A DNA stretch of 64,000 nucleotides from Candidatus Spongiisociaceae bacterium (lineage in GTDB: Bacteria; Actinomycetota; Acidimicrobiia; Spongiisociales; Spongiisociaceae), in the NCBI GenBank assembly GCA_965262915.1, contig OZ253564.1:2528001-2592000 (forward strand). The letters are read 5' to 3'. Below are positions 8,225 through 17,976 of the stretch, piece after piece; the first letter of the stretch is position 1, and every line of letters begins with the position of its first letter. A program made the position numbers and the translations under genes. Under the pieces are notes generated by a model. The model was given only the letters and a program-made list of their open reading frames with translations. It searched no databases and was not told where the DNA came from.

Positions 8225-9307
8225 ATGGCCGGCACGATCGAGACTGTTGACGGACCGGTGACGGCGGATCAGCTCGGAGTCACCCTCACCCACGAGCACG
8301 TGTTCATCGATCTGCGGAAGTACTGGAACCCGCCGGCCGCGGTTGCCCAACTCGCCAAGGCTCGAGAGCCGGTGGCGATCCACAACATCGGGAGCCTCCG
8401 AAGAAACCCGTTGGCGAGTACCGACAATCTCGTGCTGGACGACGTGGCGGTAGCCGTTGCCGAGCTCACCGAGTTCCGGGCGATTGGTGGAGGCACGGTC
8501 GTCGACGTGACCAACCAGGACATCGGGCGGGATCCGCTGGCCATGCGGATGGTGTCCCGGCTCTCGGGCGTCCGTATCATCGCCGGATGCGGTCACTACA
8601 TCCAGATGGCCCACCCCCCGACCCTTGCCGACGAGACCATCGATCAGATCGCCGAGCGTCTCATCGGGGACCTCCAGGAAGGAATCGACGGCACCGGCAT
8701 CAAGGCGGGAGTCATAGGCGAGATCGGCACCCTGGCTCCCATACTTCCGGACGAGGAGAAGGTACTGAGGGCGGTGGCGCTCGCCCACCAGGAGACCGGC
8801 GCCCCGATCATCGTTCATATCTCCCCTCCGCCTCGCGGCGCGTGGTGGCAGGGCCACGAGGTTCTGGACATCCTCGAGCAAGGGGGAGTCGCTCCCGACC
8901 GGGTTCTCATAAGCCACCTCGACAACGTGCTGGGATCGGGCGAGATGTTCGATGTCGCCGTCCGGTACCAGGTCGAGCTCGCCGCACGCGGATGTTTCAT
9001 CGGATATGACGGATGCGGGAAGGAGCATTACTTCCCGAGCGGCTCGGCGGCCGACTACCCGTCCTTCTGGTGTGTCTCGGATCAGATCAGATCACACGCG
9101 GTTGCCGAGTTGGTGGAGGCCGGCTGCGGAGATCAACTCCTGCTCTCGCACGATGTCTGCTTCAAGATCGAGTTGGTGAGCCTGGGTGGCTTCGGCTACG
9201 GGCACATTCTGAGGGTTTTCAGTGACAACCTTCGGGACCACGGTGTGGACACGGCAATGATTCGACATATTCTCGAGGACAACCCCCGCCGGTTCCTCTG
9301 CGGATGA
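8225..9307 (+). CDS. Phosphotriesterase-related (PHP-type) amidohydrolase
   Basis: LGVTLTHEH, GGGTVVDVT, IGRD, GVIGEIG, SHLD and LLSHD motifs. Confidence 0.9.
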   Translation: MAGTIETVDGPVTADQLGVTLTHEHVFIDLRKYWNPPAAVAQLAKAREPVAIHNIGSLRRNPLASTDNLVLDDVAVAVAELTEFRAIGGGTVVDVTNQDIGRDPLAMRMVSRLSGVRIIAGCGHYIQMAHPPTLADETIDQIAERLIGDLQEGIDGTGIKAGVIGEIGTLAPILPDEEKVLRAVALAHQETGAPIIVHISPPPRGAWWQGHEVLDILEQGGVAPDRVLISHLDNVLGSGEMFDVAVRYQVELAARGCFIGYDGCGKEHYFPSGSAADYPSFWCVSDQIRSHAVAELVEAGCGDQLLLSHDVCFKIELVSLGGFGYGHILRVFSDNLRDHGVDTAMIRHILEDNPRRFLCG

Positions 9308-9343
9308 GGGCGGGTCCTACCGTCACCAGGACCCGCATCTGAC

Positions 9344-10267
9344 ATGCCACCCGGGGTCAGGACCATCGAGTCTGCCGGGCTGCTCGTCGATGCTCGCGCC
9401 GGCCTGGGTGAGGGACCGGTCTGGGATCCCCAATCGAATCGGCTGATCTGGCTCGATCTCGTCGACTGGTGGAACAGAGCAGACGACCCGACCAGCGTGG
9501 TCCACGTCCACGATCCCGACGGCGGAGCCGGTCAGGCGATCGAGGTTGCTGGTGGCATCGGCTCGGTGGCTCTCCGCTCGGCGGGAGGGCTGGTGGTGGC
9601 CGGAGGGGACGGATTCGGCACTCTCGACCTCGGGTCCGGCACTTTCCGTCCGGTGGCTCCGCTGGGACTCGAAAAGGCCGGACACCGCTTCAACGACGGG
9701 GGATGCGACCCTCAGGGACGGTTCTGGGCGGGAACGGCTCAGCGGTCCTCCGGGCGGCCGGGCGAGTGCGCTTTGTACCGGCTCGATACCGACTGGCAGG
9801 TCGAGAAAACCTTGTCCGGCGTGACGGTTTCCAACGGGATCGGCTGGAGCCCCGACGGCGAGGTCATGTATTACATCGACACCCCCACCGGCAGGATCGA
9901 TCGCTTCCGCTTCGACGGGGAGAGCGGATCGCTGGGCCCCCGGGAGGTACTGGCGGAAGTCCCCGATAGGCTCGGTGTTCCCGACGGACTGGCCGTGGAT
10001 GCTCAAGGATGCGTCTGGGTGGCGGTGTGGGGTTCGTCGAGGGTGCTGCGGTTCACGCCCCGCGGGAGGTTGGATTCGGAAGTGGTGCTGCCGGTCTCCA
10101 TCCCTACCAGCTGCGCGTTCGGTGGTCCGGACCTGGCGACGCTGTACATCACCAGCGCGTGGGCCACCTTGACCGACGAACAGCTATCGCGCGAACCGCA
10201 CGCCGGTGGGGTCTTCGCCACCGACGTGGGCGTGGAAGGGCGTCCGGAGCCGATCTATGCCGGGTAA
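9344..10267 (+). CDS. SMP-30/gluconolactonase family protein
   Basis: LGEGPVWD, RFNDG, SNGIGWSPDG, PDGLAVD and CAFGGPDLATLYITSA motifs. Confidence 0.92.
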   Translation: MPPGVRTIESAGLLVDARAGLGEGPVWDPQSNRLIWLDLVDWWNRADDPTSVVHVHDPDGGAGQAIEVAGGIGSVALRSAGGLVVAGGDGFGTLDLGSGTFRPVAPLGLEKAGHRFNDGGCDPQGRFWAGTAQRSSGRPGECALYRLDTDWQVEKTLSGVTVSNGIGWSPDGEVMYYIDTPTGRIDRFRFDGESGSLGPREVLAEVPDRLGVPDGLAVDAQGCVWVAVWGSSRVLRFTPRGRLDSEVVLPVSIPTSCAFGGPDLATLYITSAWATLTDEQLSREPHAGGVFATDVGVEGRPEPIYAG

Positions 10268-11105
10268 GGGTGCCGGACGGGGGCCGGGGAGCGGGCCGGC
10301 GGGACGGCGCAGCGTCGTGGTTACCGGAGCAGGGCTGGGGATCGGCCAGGCGGTGGCGGAGCGGCTTGCGGCCTCGGGATGGTACGTGGTCGGAATCGAG
10401 CGGGACACCCACGCCTCCGCCTCTCTCGGGCACTACCTGGGCAACCGTGGATCGGTCGTGATCGGCGACGTGCGCGACGACGGGATCTTCGCCGCGGCCG
10501 TCGACGCGGCAGTGACGGTCGCCGACCTCGGTGCATGGGTGAACAACGCCGGGATCACCCGTCCGACCAACCTGCATGACCCGGACCGCGAGGTGATCGA
10601 AGAGCTGCTGGCGATCAACCAGAACGCCTGCATCTGGGGAAGCTCCGCAGCCATCCGGTGTTTCATGTCGCAACGCTCCGGCGGGAGCATCGTGACGATC
10701 TCCTCGATCCACGCCAGGGCTGCATACCCGGACGGGATGGCCTACGAGGTGGCCAAGGCAGGCGTTGAAGCGCTGATGCGCTACATCGCTGTGGAATACG
10801 GTCCCGTTGACGTTCGTGCCAACAGCGTGGCGCCGGCGGCGGTGATGACCTCGATGAGCCGCCGCCTTATCGACGCCACCCCTGATCCGGTCGAGACCGA
10901 GCGGATCATCGCCCGTTCGGTACCCATGAGGCGTATCGCTTCTGCGGAGGAGATCGCCGAGGTGGTGGCGTTTCTGGTTTCCGACGAGGCCTCGTACGTC
11001 AGCGGTCAATCGATCGGTGTCGACGGCGGGATGACCGCCGCCAGCCAGGTCTTCGAGACGGGCCCCGGTGTGCTCGCCGCATGGGGCAAGCCCGAGGAAC
11101 TCTGA
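10257..11105 (+). CDS. SDR family oxidoreductase
   Basis: TGAGLGIG, VNNAGI, catalytic S and YEVAK (YxxxK), C-terminal VDGG. Confidence 0.92.
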   Translation: MPGKGAGRGPGSGPAGRRSVVVTGAGLGIGQAVAERLAASGWYVVGIERDTHASASLGHYLGNRGSVVIGDVRDDGIFAAAVDAAVTVADLGAWVNNAGITRPTNLHDPDREVIEELLAINQNACIWGSSAAIRCFMSQRSGGSIVTISSIHARAAYPDGMAYEVAKAGVEALMRYIAVEYGPVDVRANSVAPAAVMTSMSRRLIDATPDPVETERIIARSVPMRRIASAEEIAEVVAFLVSDEASYVSGQSIGVDGGMTAASQVFETGPGVLAAWGKPEEL

Positions 11106-11176
11106 TCCCGGATCACGGACCGTGGCAGCTTTCTTGCAATAGTTGACAGCTACAACCTCGGGATGGCTACTGGCCG

Positions 11177-12613
11177 CTAGCTACGAGCGAACGACCCGGC
11201 CAGCAACCGAGGCGGCACCCGGAATCGGCCCACCACGTCGTCCAGCCGCTCCCGCTCCGTGGTGATCTCCGCCTGGTCCCCGCACACCAGCACGGTTGCC
11301 GGCAGGAGTTGGGCGTTGTAGCGCCCGGCCTGGGGCTCCTGGTACCCGCCGGTGTCGAGGAACGCCACGAGGTCCCCCCGCACGAGCGGAGGCAAGGCCA
11401 CGTGGGGGGCGAGTTCGTCGGAACTGCACAGGGGGCCCACGAGATCGACGATCTCCGATCGTGCCGCCATCGTGTCGGTGACCGGTACCGGGTGGAAGTA
11501 CCAGTCGAGGATCGCCGCCCAGGAGAGGTGGTTGGTGGACAGGTCCAGGTTCACCCACTTCTTGCGGTCACCCTGCTTGACCGCTCCGACGGTCCCCACG
11601 GTGACGCCGGCCGGTCCCGACAGCGACCTGCCGGGTTCGAGGCGCAGCTTCGGCAACGGTAGGCCGAGGCGGCGCGCCTCGGCCTGGACCTCCCGGCTGC
11701 AGAGCCGGGCGTAGTCGTCGGCGGTCGGCGCCGTGTGGTCGTCGATCTGGGTGCGGGGGCCGGTGCCGTACCACTTGCCGAAGGTCCATCCACCGCCGAT
11801 ATCGATACAGGGGGGCGTCCACCCTGTGTGGTCGCGTATGTAACCGGACCAGGTGATCATCTCCCGCGCCATGGCGGCGAAGTCCATGGCGACGTTGGAC
11901 ATCCGGCTGAGGTGGAAGTGGGTCTCCTGCAGATGGATGTGGGGCATCGCCATCGCCTGTCTCACGATCTCGACAGTCTGGCTGCGGGTCATGCCCCACT
12001 TGGTGCTGTCGCTCTGTTCCTTCAGGGTCCCGGGCCCGTGCATGGAGACGCCGGTACGTTCCGCGAGCGGATCCAGATCGAGCTTGAGCCGGATACCGAT
12101 GTCCGCCTCCCGGCCCTGACGCCTGCAGACAGCGTCGATGCGATCGAGTTCGTCCATAGCGTCGATGTTGATGCAGAGCCCGTTGGCGACCGCCATCTCC
12201 AACTCTTCGGTGCTCTTGTTGGATCCGTTCAGGACCAGTGTCTTCGGGTCGGTTCCTGCCAGGAGTGACAGGTACAACTCGTTCACCCCGAAGCAGTCAC
12301 CCCCGGCCCCCTCCTGATTCATGATGTGCCGGTACGCGAGACCGTTGTTGGACTTGTTGGCGAACAGGATCTCGGAGGGGCCCGGGTAGCGCTTGCGGAA
12401 CGCGTCACGGAATTGGCGGTAGGTGTAGCGAAACTGGCTCTCGCTGATGATGAACAACGGGGTTCCGAAGCGTGCTGCCAACTCCGCTACCTCGCATCCC
12501 TCGATCCACAGGTTGCCGTCGGTCCCCACGCCGATGAACTCTCCGAAGTTCACCTCGTAGTCGATCGGTGTCAGCGCAGGTGCCGCAGTCCTATCGATGG
12601 CCAGGGTTGTCAT
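11177..12613 (-). CDS. Group IV PLP-dependent decarboxylase (LysA-like; substrate uncertain)
   Basis: RFGTPL, FANKSN (PLP lysine), HFH, IDIGGG, LEPGRSL, VGPLC and DTGGY motifs. Confidence 0.8.
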   Translation of the reverse strand: MTTLAIDRTAAPALTPIDYEVNFGEFIGVGTDGNLWIEGCEVAELAARFGTPLFIISESQFRYTYRQFRDAFRKRYPGPSEILFANKSNNGLAYRHIMNQEGAGGDCFGVNELYLSLLAGTDPKTLVLNGSNKSTEELEMAVANGLCINIDAMDELDRIDAVCRRQGREADIGIRLKLDLDPLAERTGVSMHGPGTLKEQSDSTKWGMTRSQTVEIVRQAMAMPHIHLQETHFHLSRMSNVAMDFAAMAREMITWSGYIRDHTGWTPPCIDIGGGWTFGKWYGTGPRTQIDDHTAPTADDYARLCSREVQAEARRLGLPLPKLRLEPGRSLSGPAGVTVGTVGAVKQGDRKKWVNLDLSTNHLSWAAILDWYFHPVPVTDTMAARSEIVDLVGPLCSSDELAPHVALPPLVRGDLVAFLDTGGYQEPQAGRYNAQLLPATVLVCGDQAEITTERERLDDVVGRFRVPPRLLAGSFARS

Positions 12614-12635
12614 CCTCGATCCTTCCGAATTGATT

Positions 12636-13445
12636 TCACCTGCTCTCGGGATCCGGTTCCGATTCCGCGAACGCCTCGGTCACGTCGGCGAGGAAGGAGT
12701 CCAAGGCGTCCACCATGTAGAACAGGTCGACCCCGGCGACGACGAAGGTCCAGCCGAAACGTTGCACCCGTTGAACCTCACCGGTGGCGGGCATGGTCGC
12801 CGTTCCTGCCGCCAGCCCGGCATCCCTACACACCTCGACCACCTGGCGCATCACGTCCCGCACGAGCGCGCCGTCGGTCTGGCCGGGAACACCGAGCGCG
12901 GCCGACAGGTCATTGGGCCCGACCAGCAGACCGTCGAGGCCGGGTACCGAAGCGATCTCGGCCAGGTTGGCTACCGCGTCCGCGGTCTCGATCTGAACCA
13001 CGACGCCCACGTTGTCCGACGACCCTGCGACGTACTCGGCGGTGGTGCGTCCATAGCCGCCCGCCCGCCGCGGGCCGAAGCCCCGCAGGCCTACCGGCGG
13101 GTACCTGGTGTGCTCGACCACCCACCGCACCTCGTCGGCATTCCGCACCCGCGGCACGATCACGCCCGCGGCGCCCACGTCGAGCGGCTGCATGAGACGA
13201 ATCGGCTCAAGACCGCCCACCCGTACCAGCACCGGGGTGCCGGCGCCATGCGCGGCCATCACGAGGGTCTGGACCGTCTCGGGACCGATGGGGCTGTGTT
13301 CGGTGTCCAGCATGATGAAGTCGAGGGCGGAGCCGGCCATCGCTTCGGCGACCGCGACATCGGTCGAGCTGACCGTGGCGCCCAGCTGGAACTCGCGGTT
13401 CCTGAGTCGCCGTCCGAAGCCGTCGATCTTCGATTCCTCACGCAT
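12636..13445 (-). CDS. HpcH/HpaI class II aldolase
   Basis: DFIMLDTEHSP, LDVGAAGVIVP, RYPPVGLRG, QIET and VGPNDLS motifs. Confidence 0.92.
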   Translation of the reverse strand: MREESKIDGFGRRLRNREFQLGATVSSTDVAVAEAMAGSALDFIMLDTEHSPIGPETVQTLVMAAHGAGTPVLVRVGGLEPIRLMQPLDVGAAGVIVPRVRNADEVRWVVEHTRYPPVGLRGFGPRRAGGYGRTTAEYVAGSSDNVGVVVQIETADAVANLAEIASVPGLDGLLVGPNDLSAALGVPGQTDGALVRDVMRQVVEVCRDAGLAAGTATMPATGEVQRVQRFGWTFVVAGVDLFYMVDALDSFLADVTEAFAESEPDPESR

Positions 13446-13448
13446 CGC

Positions 13449-15353
13449 TCAACCTGCGCCCGAATAGTAGAACTTCTGCATTTCCCTCTCCTTGCGGTGT
13501 ATCTCGGCGATGTCGCGCATGTCCTGGCGCTGGGAAGTCTCCGCGATCCCCACATCCCACCAGGCGTCACCACCCAGCAGCATGCGGTACGGCTCCACCG
13601 GACAGACGATCACGACAGGCCGGGTGGCCTCCCGGGCGACTGCCAACGCATCCTCGAGCTCGTCGACCTCCTCCGCACGCAGCGCAAGGCATCCGAGGCT
13701 GGCGGCGTTTCCGACGAAGTCGACCGGCAGGACCTCTCCGGCGAGCCTCCCGCTCGCATCACGCCGACGGAGTTCGGTTCCGAACAGGACCCCGGTCTTG
13801 AACTCCTGCAGGTTCCGGATCGACTGGTAACCGTCGTTGGTGACCAGGATCACGGTTATCTTGATCCCTTCCTGCACGGCCGTGACGATCTCGGGGTTCC
13901 CCAGGAGCCAGTTCCCCTCCCCCATCACCACGTACACCTCGGATCCGCCCGGCCGGGCCATCTTGTATCCGATCGCCGCCGGGACCTCGTGGCCCATGCA
14001 CGAGTATCCGAATTCGAGGTGGACCTCACTCCCGTTGGAGTGGTCCCATAGCTTGTGAACGTCGGCCGGAGGCGAACCCGCCGCGGCCACGACCACATCA
14101 CCCGCCCGGGAGAATTCGTTGACGGTGCGGATCACCTCGCCCTGGCTCATCACCTGGGAGGCAGGTCGTTCCAGATGCAAGCCAACCGCGCTGTCCCACT
14201 CCCCTGCTCTGCTCACCGTCTCTGTGCGGTAGTCGGCACCGGTCGTCCAGTCCGTGCCGAGTTCGGCGGCGAGAGCCTCGACCCCGAGCCGAGCGTCGGC
14301 GACAACCGCCATTCCTCCCAGTTTGAACGCGTCCCGACCCGCGACGTTGATGGAGAGGAACCGGACATCGGGTTTTTGGAACAAGGAATGCGATCCGGTG
14401 GTGAAGTCCTGCAGACGCGTCCCGATGCATATCACCAGGTCGGCTCGGGAGGCCATGGCGTTGGCGCAGGCCGTGCCGGTGACACCGACGGCCCCCAGGT
14501 GGTACTCGCCCGCCGGGACGGATCCTTTACCCGCGAACGTCTCGCCCAACGGCACACCGTACGCCCGGCTGAAGTCTGCCAGCGCATGCCCGGCGTCGGA
14601 GTACCGCACGCCGCCGCCGGCGATGATGAAGGGCCGCTCCGAGTTTCTGACGAGAGAGACCGCCCGCTCGAGTTGGCCGGGAGATGGGGGTCTCCTGTCG
14701 ATGTGCCAGGTGCGGGGTCTGAAGAACGAGACCGGGAAATCCCATGCCTCACCCTCGGTGTCCTGATGCAGCGAGATCGTGACCGCCCCGGTCTCGGCCG
14801 GATCGGTCAGAACCCGGCACGCCTCCGGGAGCGAGTAGAGGATTTGCTCGGGGTGGGTGATCCGGTCGAAGAACCGGCTGACCGGACGGAGCGAGTCGTT
14901 GACGGTCGTGGCGGACGAGACCGGGTCCTCTATCTGCTGGAGAACGGGACCCTGGCGGCCCCTGATGAACGTGTCCGCCGGTATGAGCAGCACCGGAAGG
15001 CGGTTGGAGGTGGCGGTTGCGGCCCCCGTCACGAAGTTGGTCGAACCGGGCCCTATGGATGCCAGACATGCGAGGGTCGACATCCGGTTGGTGGCCTTGG
15101 CAAACCCGATGGCTTGATGAACCCCCGACTGCTCGTTCTTGCACTGGTAGAACGGCAGGTCGTCGCCGTACTCCTCCAGTGCCTGCCCGAGGCCGACCAC
15201 GTTCCCGTGGCCGAACAGCCCGATCGATCCTGCGACCAGCTGTCTGCGCATTCCGTCCAGTTCACTCCATTGAACCTTGAGGAACTCGACGATCGCTTGG
15301 GCGGTCGTCAGCCGGACCATGCCGTCGGTGCCATCCATTCCCGGACCATCCAT
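13449..15353 (-). CDS. iolD: 3D-(3,5/4)-trihydroxycyclohexane-1,2-dione acylhydrolase-like ThDP enzyme
   Basis: RLTTAQA, FGHGNV, SIGPG, PVLQQIE, IGTRLQDFTTGS, EFGYSCMGHE and GYQSIRNLQ are IolD-type motifs. Confidence 0.88.
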   Translation of the reverse strand: MDGPGMDGTDGMVRLTTAQAIVEFLKVQWSELDGMRRQLVAGSIGLFGHGNVVGLGQALEEYGDDLPFYQCKNEQSGVHQAIGFAKATNRMSTLACLASIGPGSTNFVTGAATATSNRLPVLLIPADTFIRGRQGPVLQQIEDPVSSATTVNDSLRPVSRFFDRITHPEQILYSLPEACRVLTDPAETGAVTISLHQDTEGEAWDFPVSFFRPRTWHIDRRPPSPGQLERAVSLVRNSERPFIIAGGGVRYSDAGHALADFSRAYGVPLGETFAGKGSVPAGEYHLGAVGVTGTACANAMASRADLVICIGTRLQDFTTGSHSLFQKPDVRFLSINVAGRDAFKLGGMAVVADARLGVEALAAELGTDWTTGADYRTETVSRAGEWDSAVGLHLERPASQVMSQGEVIRTVNEFSRAGDVVVAAAGSPPADVHKLWDHSNGSEVHLEFGYSCMGHEVPAAIGYKMARPGGSEVYVVMGEGNWLLGNPEIVTAVQEGIKITVILVTNDGYQSIRNLQEFKTGVLFGTELRRRDASGRLAGEVLPVDFVGNAASLGCLALRAEEVDELEDALAVAREATRPVVIVCPVEPYRMLLGGDAWWDVGIAETSQRQDMRDIAEIHRKEREMQKFYYSGAG

Positions 15354-15411
15354 TTGCGGCCCCCTTTCACTTCCCTCTCTGTACGTTCTTTCCCAGACGG
15401 GTGGCAGGGCT

Positions 15412-16860
15412 TCAGCCGGTGGGATGGATGATCACGTTCTTCGAGTCCATCATCTCCTCGATGGCGTAATGGGGCCCCTCCTTGCCGATCCCGCTCATCT
15501 TCAGCCCTCCGTAAGGCATCGGGTCCACGCGCCAGAGAGGTGTCCAGTTCACATGGACGTTGCCCGCATCCACCTCGCGTGCGAAGCGTGTCGCCGCCAC
15601 CAGATCTCTCGTGAAAATTCCGGCGCCGAGCCCGTAGCTGGTGTCGTTGCACAGGGCTATGGCCTCGTCGATACCGGAGACCGGGGTCACCGCCACGGCC
15701 GGCCCGAACAACTCCTCGGTGGATATCCGCGACCCGTGAGGTACGTCGGCAACCACCGTGGGCTGGTGCAGGGCGCCCTCTCGCCCTCCTCCTGTCAAAA
15801 CCCTGGCGCCCGACGACACAGCTTCCCGGATGGTCGTCTCCACCCGTTGCGCCGCCTGCTCGCTGATCATCGATCCCATGCCCATTCCGGGATCCATCGG
15901 ATCGCCGTACCGTATGGAGGACACACCGTCGACCAAGCGATCGAGGAAAGGTACGTAGGCTCGGTGGTCCACAAGAATCCGCTGCGGAGAGATGCAGACC
16001 TGACCGGCGTTCACCATCCCCCCGGTAGCGGTAGCCGCGGCGGCAATGTCGAGGTCCGCATCGGGCAACACGGCAACCGGGCAGTTGGCGCCGAGTTCCA
16101 GGAGCAACCGCTTGACACCGGCTGACCTCGCGATCTCGGCTCCCACCGCGGCGCTACCCGTGAACGTCACTACTCGTACGCGAGGATCGGTCGTGAGTTG
16201 CCTCCCGATAGTCGACCCGGGTCCTACCACACACTGCACGGCGCCGAGCGGGAAGCCGGCCTCGACGAAGCACCGGAGGAAGGCGAACGCACCCATGGGA
16301 GTATCCGAAGACGGCTTGACGATCACCGGATTACCGGCGGCAAGCGCCGGGCCTACTTTGTGGGTGACCAGCAGCAACGGATAGTTGAAGGGTGTGATCG
16401 CAACGACGATCCCGGCAGGCTGCTTGAGTGTGAACCCGAGGCGCCCCTCCCCGTTGGGGCTCCCGTCGAGGGGCAGCACCTCGCCGGAGATCCGGCGCGC
16501 TTCTCCGGCGCAGTAACGGATGAGATCTCCGAGACGGCCAACCTCGGCGCGAGCCTCCCCGATGGTCTTTCCTCCCTCGGCTACCACTATCCGGGCCAGC
16601 TCCTCGACCCTCGACTCGCAGATCGAAGCGGCCTTCTCCAGCAGGACGGCCCGTTCGTTGGCGCTCAACTTCCGCATCGGCGCCACAGCCGCCTGCGCCC
16701 GGTCGAGTACTGCGGCGATGTCCTCGTTGCTGGCGGCGGTCACCTCACCGACCGCGGCGCCGCTATAGGGGCTGTAGACCGTCATCGGTTTGCCCGTCGG
16801 AAGCGTCCCGCCGGACAGGACGGGGTCTTGGACGGACTCAACGGCAAGTGCATTCACCAC
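15412..16860 (-). CDS. Aldehyde dehydrogenase
   Basis: ITPFNYP, FTGS, LELGAN, NAGQVCIS, EELFGP and MPYGGLKMSGIGKEG motifs. Confidence 0.93.
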   Translation of the reverse strand: MVNALAVESVQDPVLSGGTLPTGKPMTVYSPYSGAAVGEVTAASNEDIAAVLDRAQAAVAPMRKLSANERAVLLEKAASICESRVEELARIVVAEGGKTIGEARAEVGRLGDLIRYCAGEARRISGEVLPLDGSPNGEGRLGFTLKQPAGIVVAITPFNYPLLLVTHKVGPALAAGNPVIVKPSSDTPMGAFAFLRCFVEAGFPLGAVQCVVGPGSTIGRQLTTDPRVRVVTFTGSAAVGAEIARSAGVKRLLLELGANCPVAVLPDADLDIAAAATATGGMVNAGQVCISPQRILVDHRAYVPFLDRLVDGVSSIRYGDPMDPGMGMGSMISEQAAQRVETTIREAVSSGARVLTGGGREGALHQPTVVADVPHGSRISTEELFGPAVAVTPVSGIDEAIALCNDTSYGLGAGIFTRDLVAATRFAREVDAGNVHVNWTPLWRVDPMPYGGLKMSGIGKEGPHYAIEEMMDSKNVIIHPTG

Positions 16861-16890
16861 GGCTCATCTCCTCCTTGCAAGACCACCATC

Positions 16891-17781
16891 TCAGAATCCC
16901 ACCTCTCGCAGATACCGGCGGGTATGTTTGGCGATCGGCAGCGGCTTGTCGGGCGGCGCCGGATACATGTCCTGCTCTACCGTGGCGTGACCGGTGAAAC
17001 CGATCTCAGCCAGAAGTGCTCCTAGTTCGGCGAAGGCCACCGCCCCCCGGTCGGGTTCGCAGAACATACCCAGCTCGACGGCTTTCGCAAAGGGAATCCG
17101 TTCCCGTGCGACCCGCTGCTGCACCTCCGCATCCACGCTCTTGAAGTGGAAGTACTCCACCCGGTCCGGATGCTCCCGCAGGAACTCGACCGGGTCACCA
17201 CCCCGGTAGGCGTGATGGCCGGTGTCGAGGCATATGCCCACCAGATCCGGATCGGTGTCGGCCACGAAACGTTCGATCTGAGGCTCGTACTCGACGTGGG
17301 TCTCGGCATGGGGATGGAACACGGCCCGGAGCCCGTAACGTTCGGAGGCGATCCGGGCTATCCGGTGGGTCGTCTCGATCAGGGCCCGCCACTCGTCGTG
17401 GTCGAGCGTCGGGCTGCGGAGCATCTCCCCCGTGAACATGTCCGTGTAGGTGCCGTCGATGACGATCAGGTAACCCGCGCCGAGACCGGTCAGGGACTCG
17501 CATGCGCCGACCACCTCGGCTTCGAGAGTGGGCCAGTAATCGGCGGAGTCCAGCGGACCCATCGCGAAGGTTCCCGAGACCCGCAGGCCCCTCTTTCCGA
17601 GTTCTTCCTGGAGCTGTGACGGATCTGTCGGAAGGTACCCGTACGGTCCCAACTCGATCCACTCGTAGCCGGCTTCCGCGATCTCGTCGAGGCACCGGTT
17701 CCACGGCATCTGGCGGTCGTCTTCCCCGAACCAGATACCCCACGAGCACGGTGCACTACCCAGTTTCAAGCGGTCATCCAC
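16891..17781 (-). CDS. IolE/MocC-like TIM-barrel protein (myo-inosose dehydratase-like)
   Basis: APCSWG, ELGPYGYLP, FHPHAET, CLDTGHH, HFKSVD and VEQDMYP; GTG at 17781 follows AGGAG; the ORF extension to 17937 lies inside a MITE. Confidence 0.82.
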   Translation of the reverse strand: MDDRLKLGSAPCSWGIWFGEDDRQMPWNRCLDEIAEAGYEWIELGPYGYLPTDPSQLQEELGKRGLRVSGTFAMGPLDSADYWPTLEAEVVGACESLTGLGAGYLIVIDGTYTDMFTGEMLRSPTLDHDEWRALIETTHRIARIASERYGLRAVFHPHAETHVEYEPQIERFVADTDPDLVGICLDTGHHAYRGGDPVEFLREHPDRVEYFHFKSVDAEVQQRVARERIPFAKAVELGMFCEPDRGAVAFAELGALLAEIGFTGHATVEQDMYPAPPDKPLPIAKHTRRYLREVGF

Positions 17782-17796
17782 GCTTCTTCTCCTGTC

Positions 17797-17963
17797 TGGT
17801 GGTCTGTCTGCAAAACAACTTGTCGTGCCCTGGCAGCCATCGACGTCCCTCGCTGCGTTCCGCCTCCTCGACGTACCGCTGCGGGTACGCCTTCGTCGGC
17901 GGGCCTTGCGAGGAACGCCGCTGCCGGCGCATACCACGGCGCCATTTCACAGACAGACCACCG
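17797..17963. mobile_element. MITE-like family A, copy 2
   Basis: Inverted ends GGTGGTCTGTCTG / CAGACAGACCACC; body matches copies 1 and 3. Confidence 0.85.
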
Positions 17964-17976
17964 TCAGCCGGCCCCA

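Noticed and set aside
11177-12613. Assigning the symbol lysA
   Set aside because: The fold is LysA-like, but several motifs diverge and the context is catabolic, so the substrate is unsupported.
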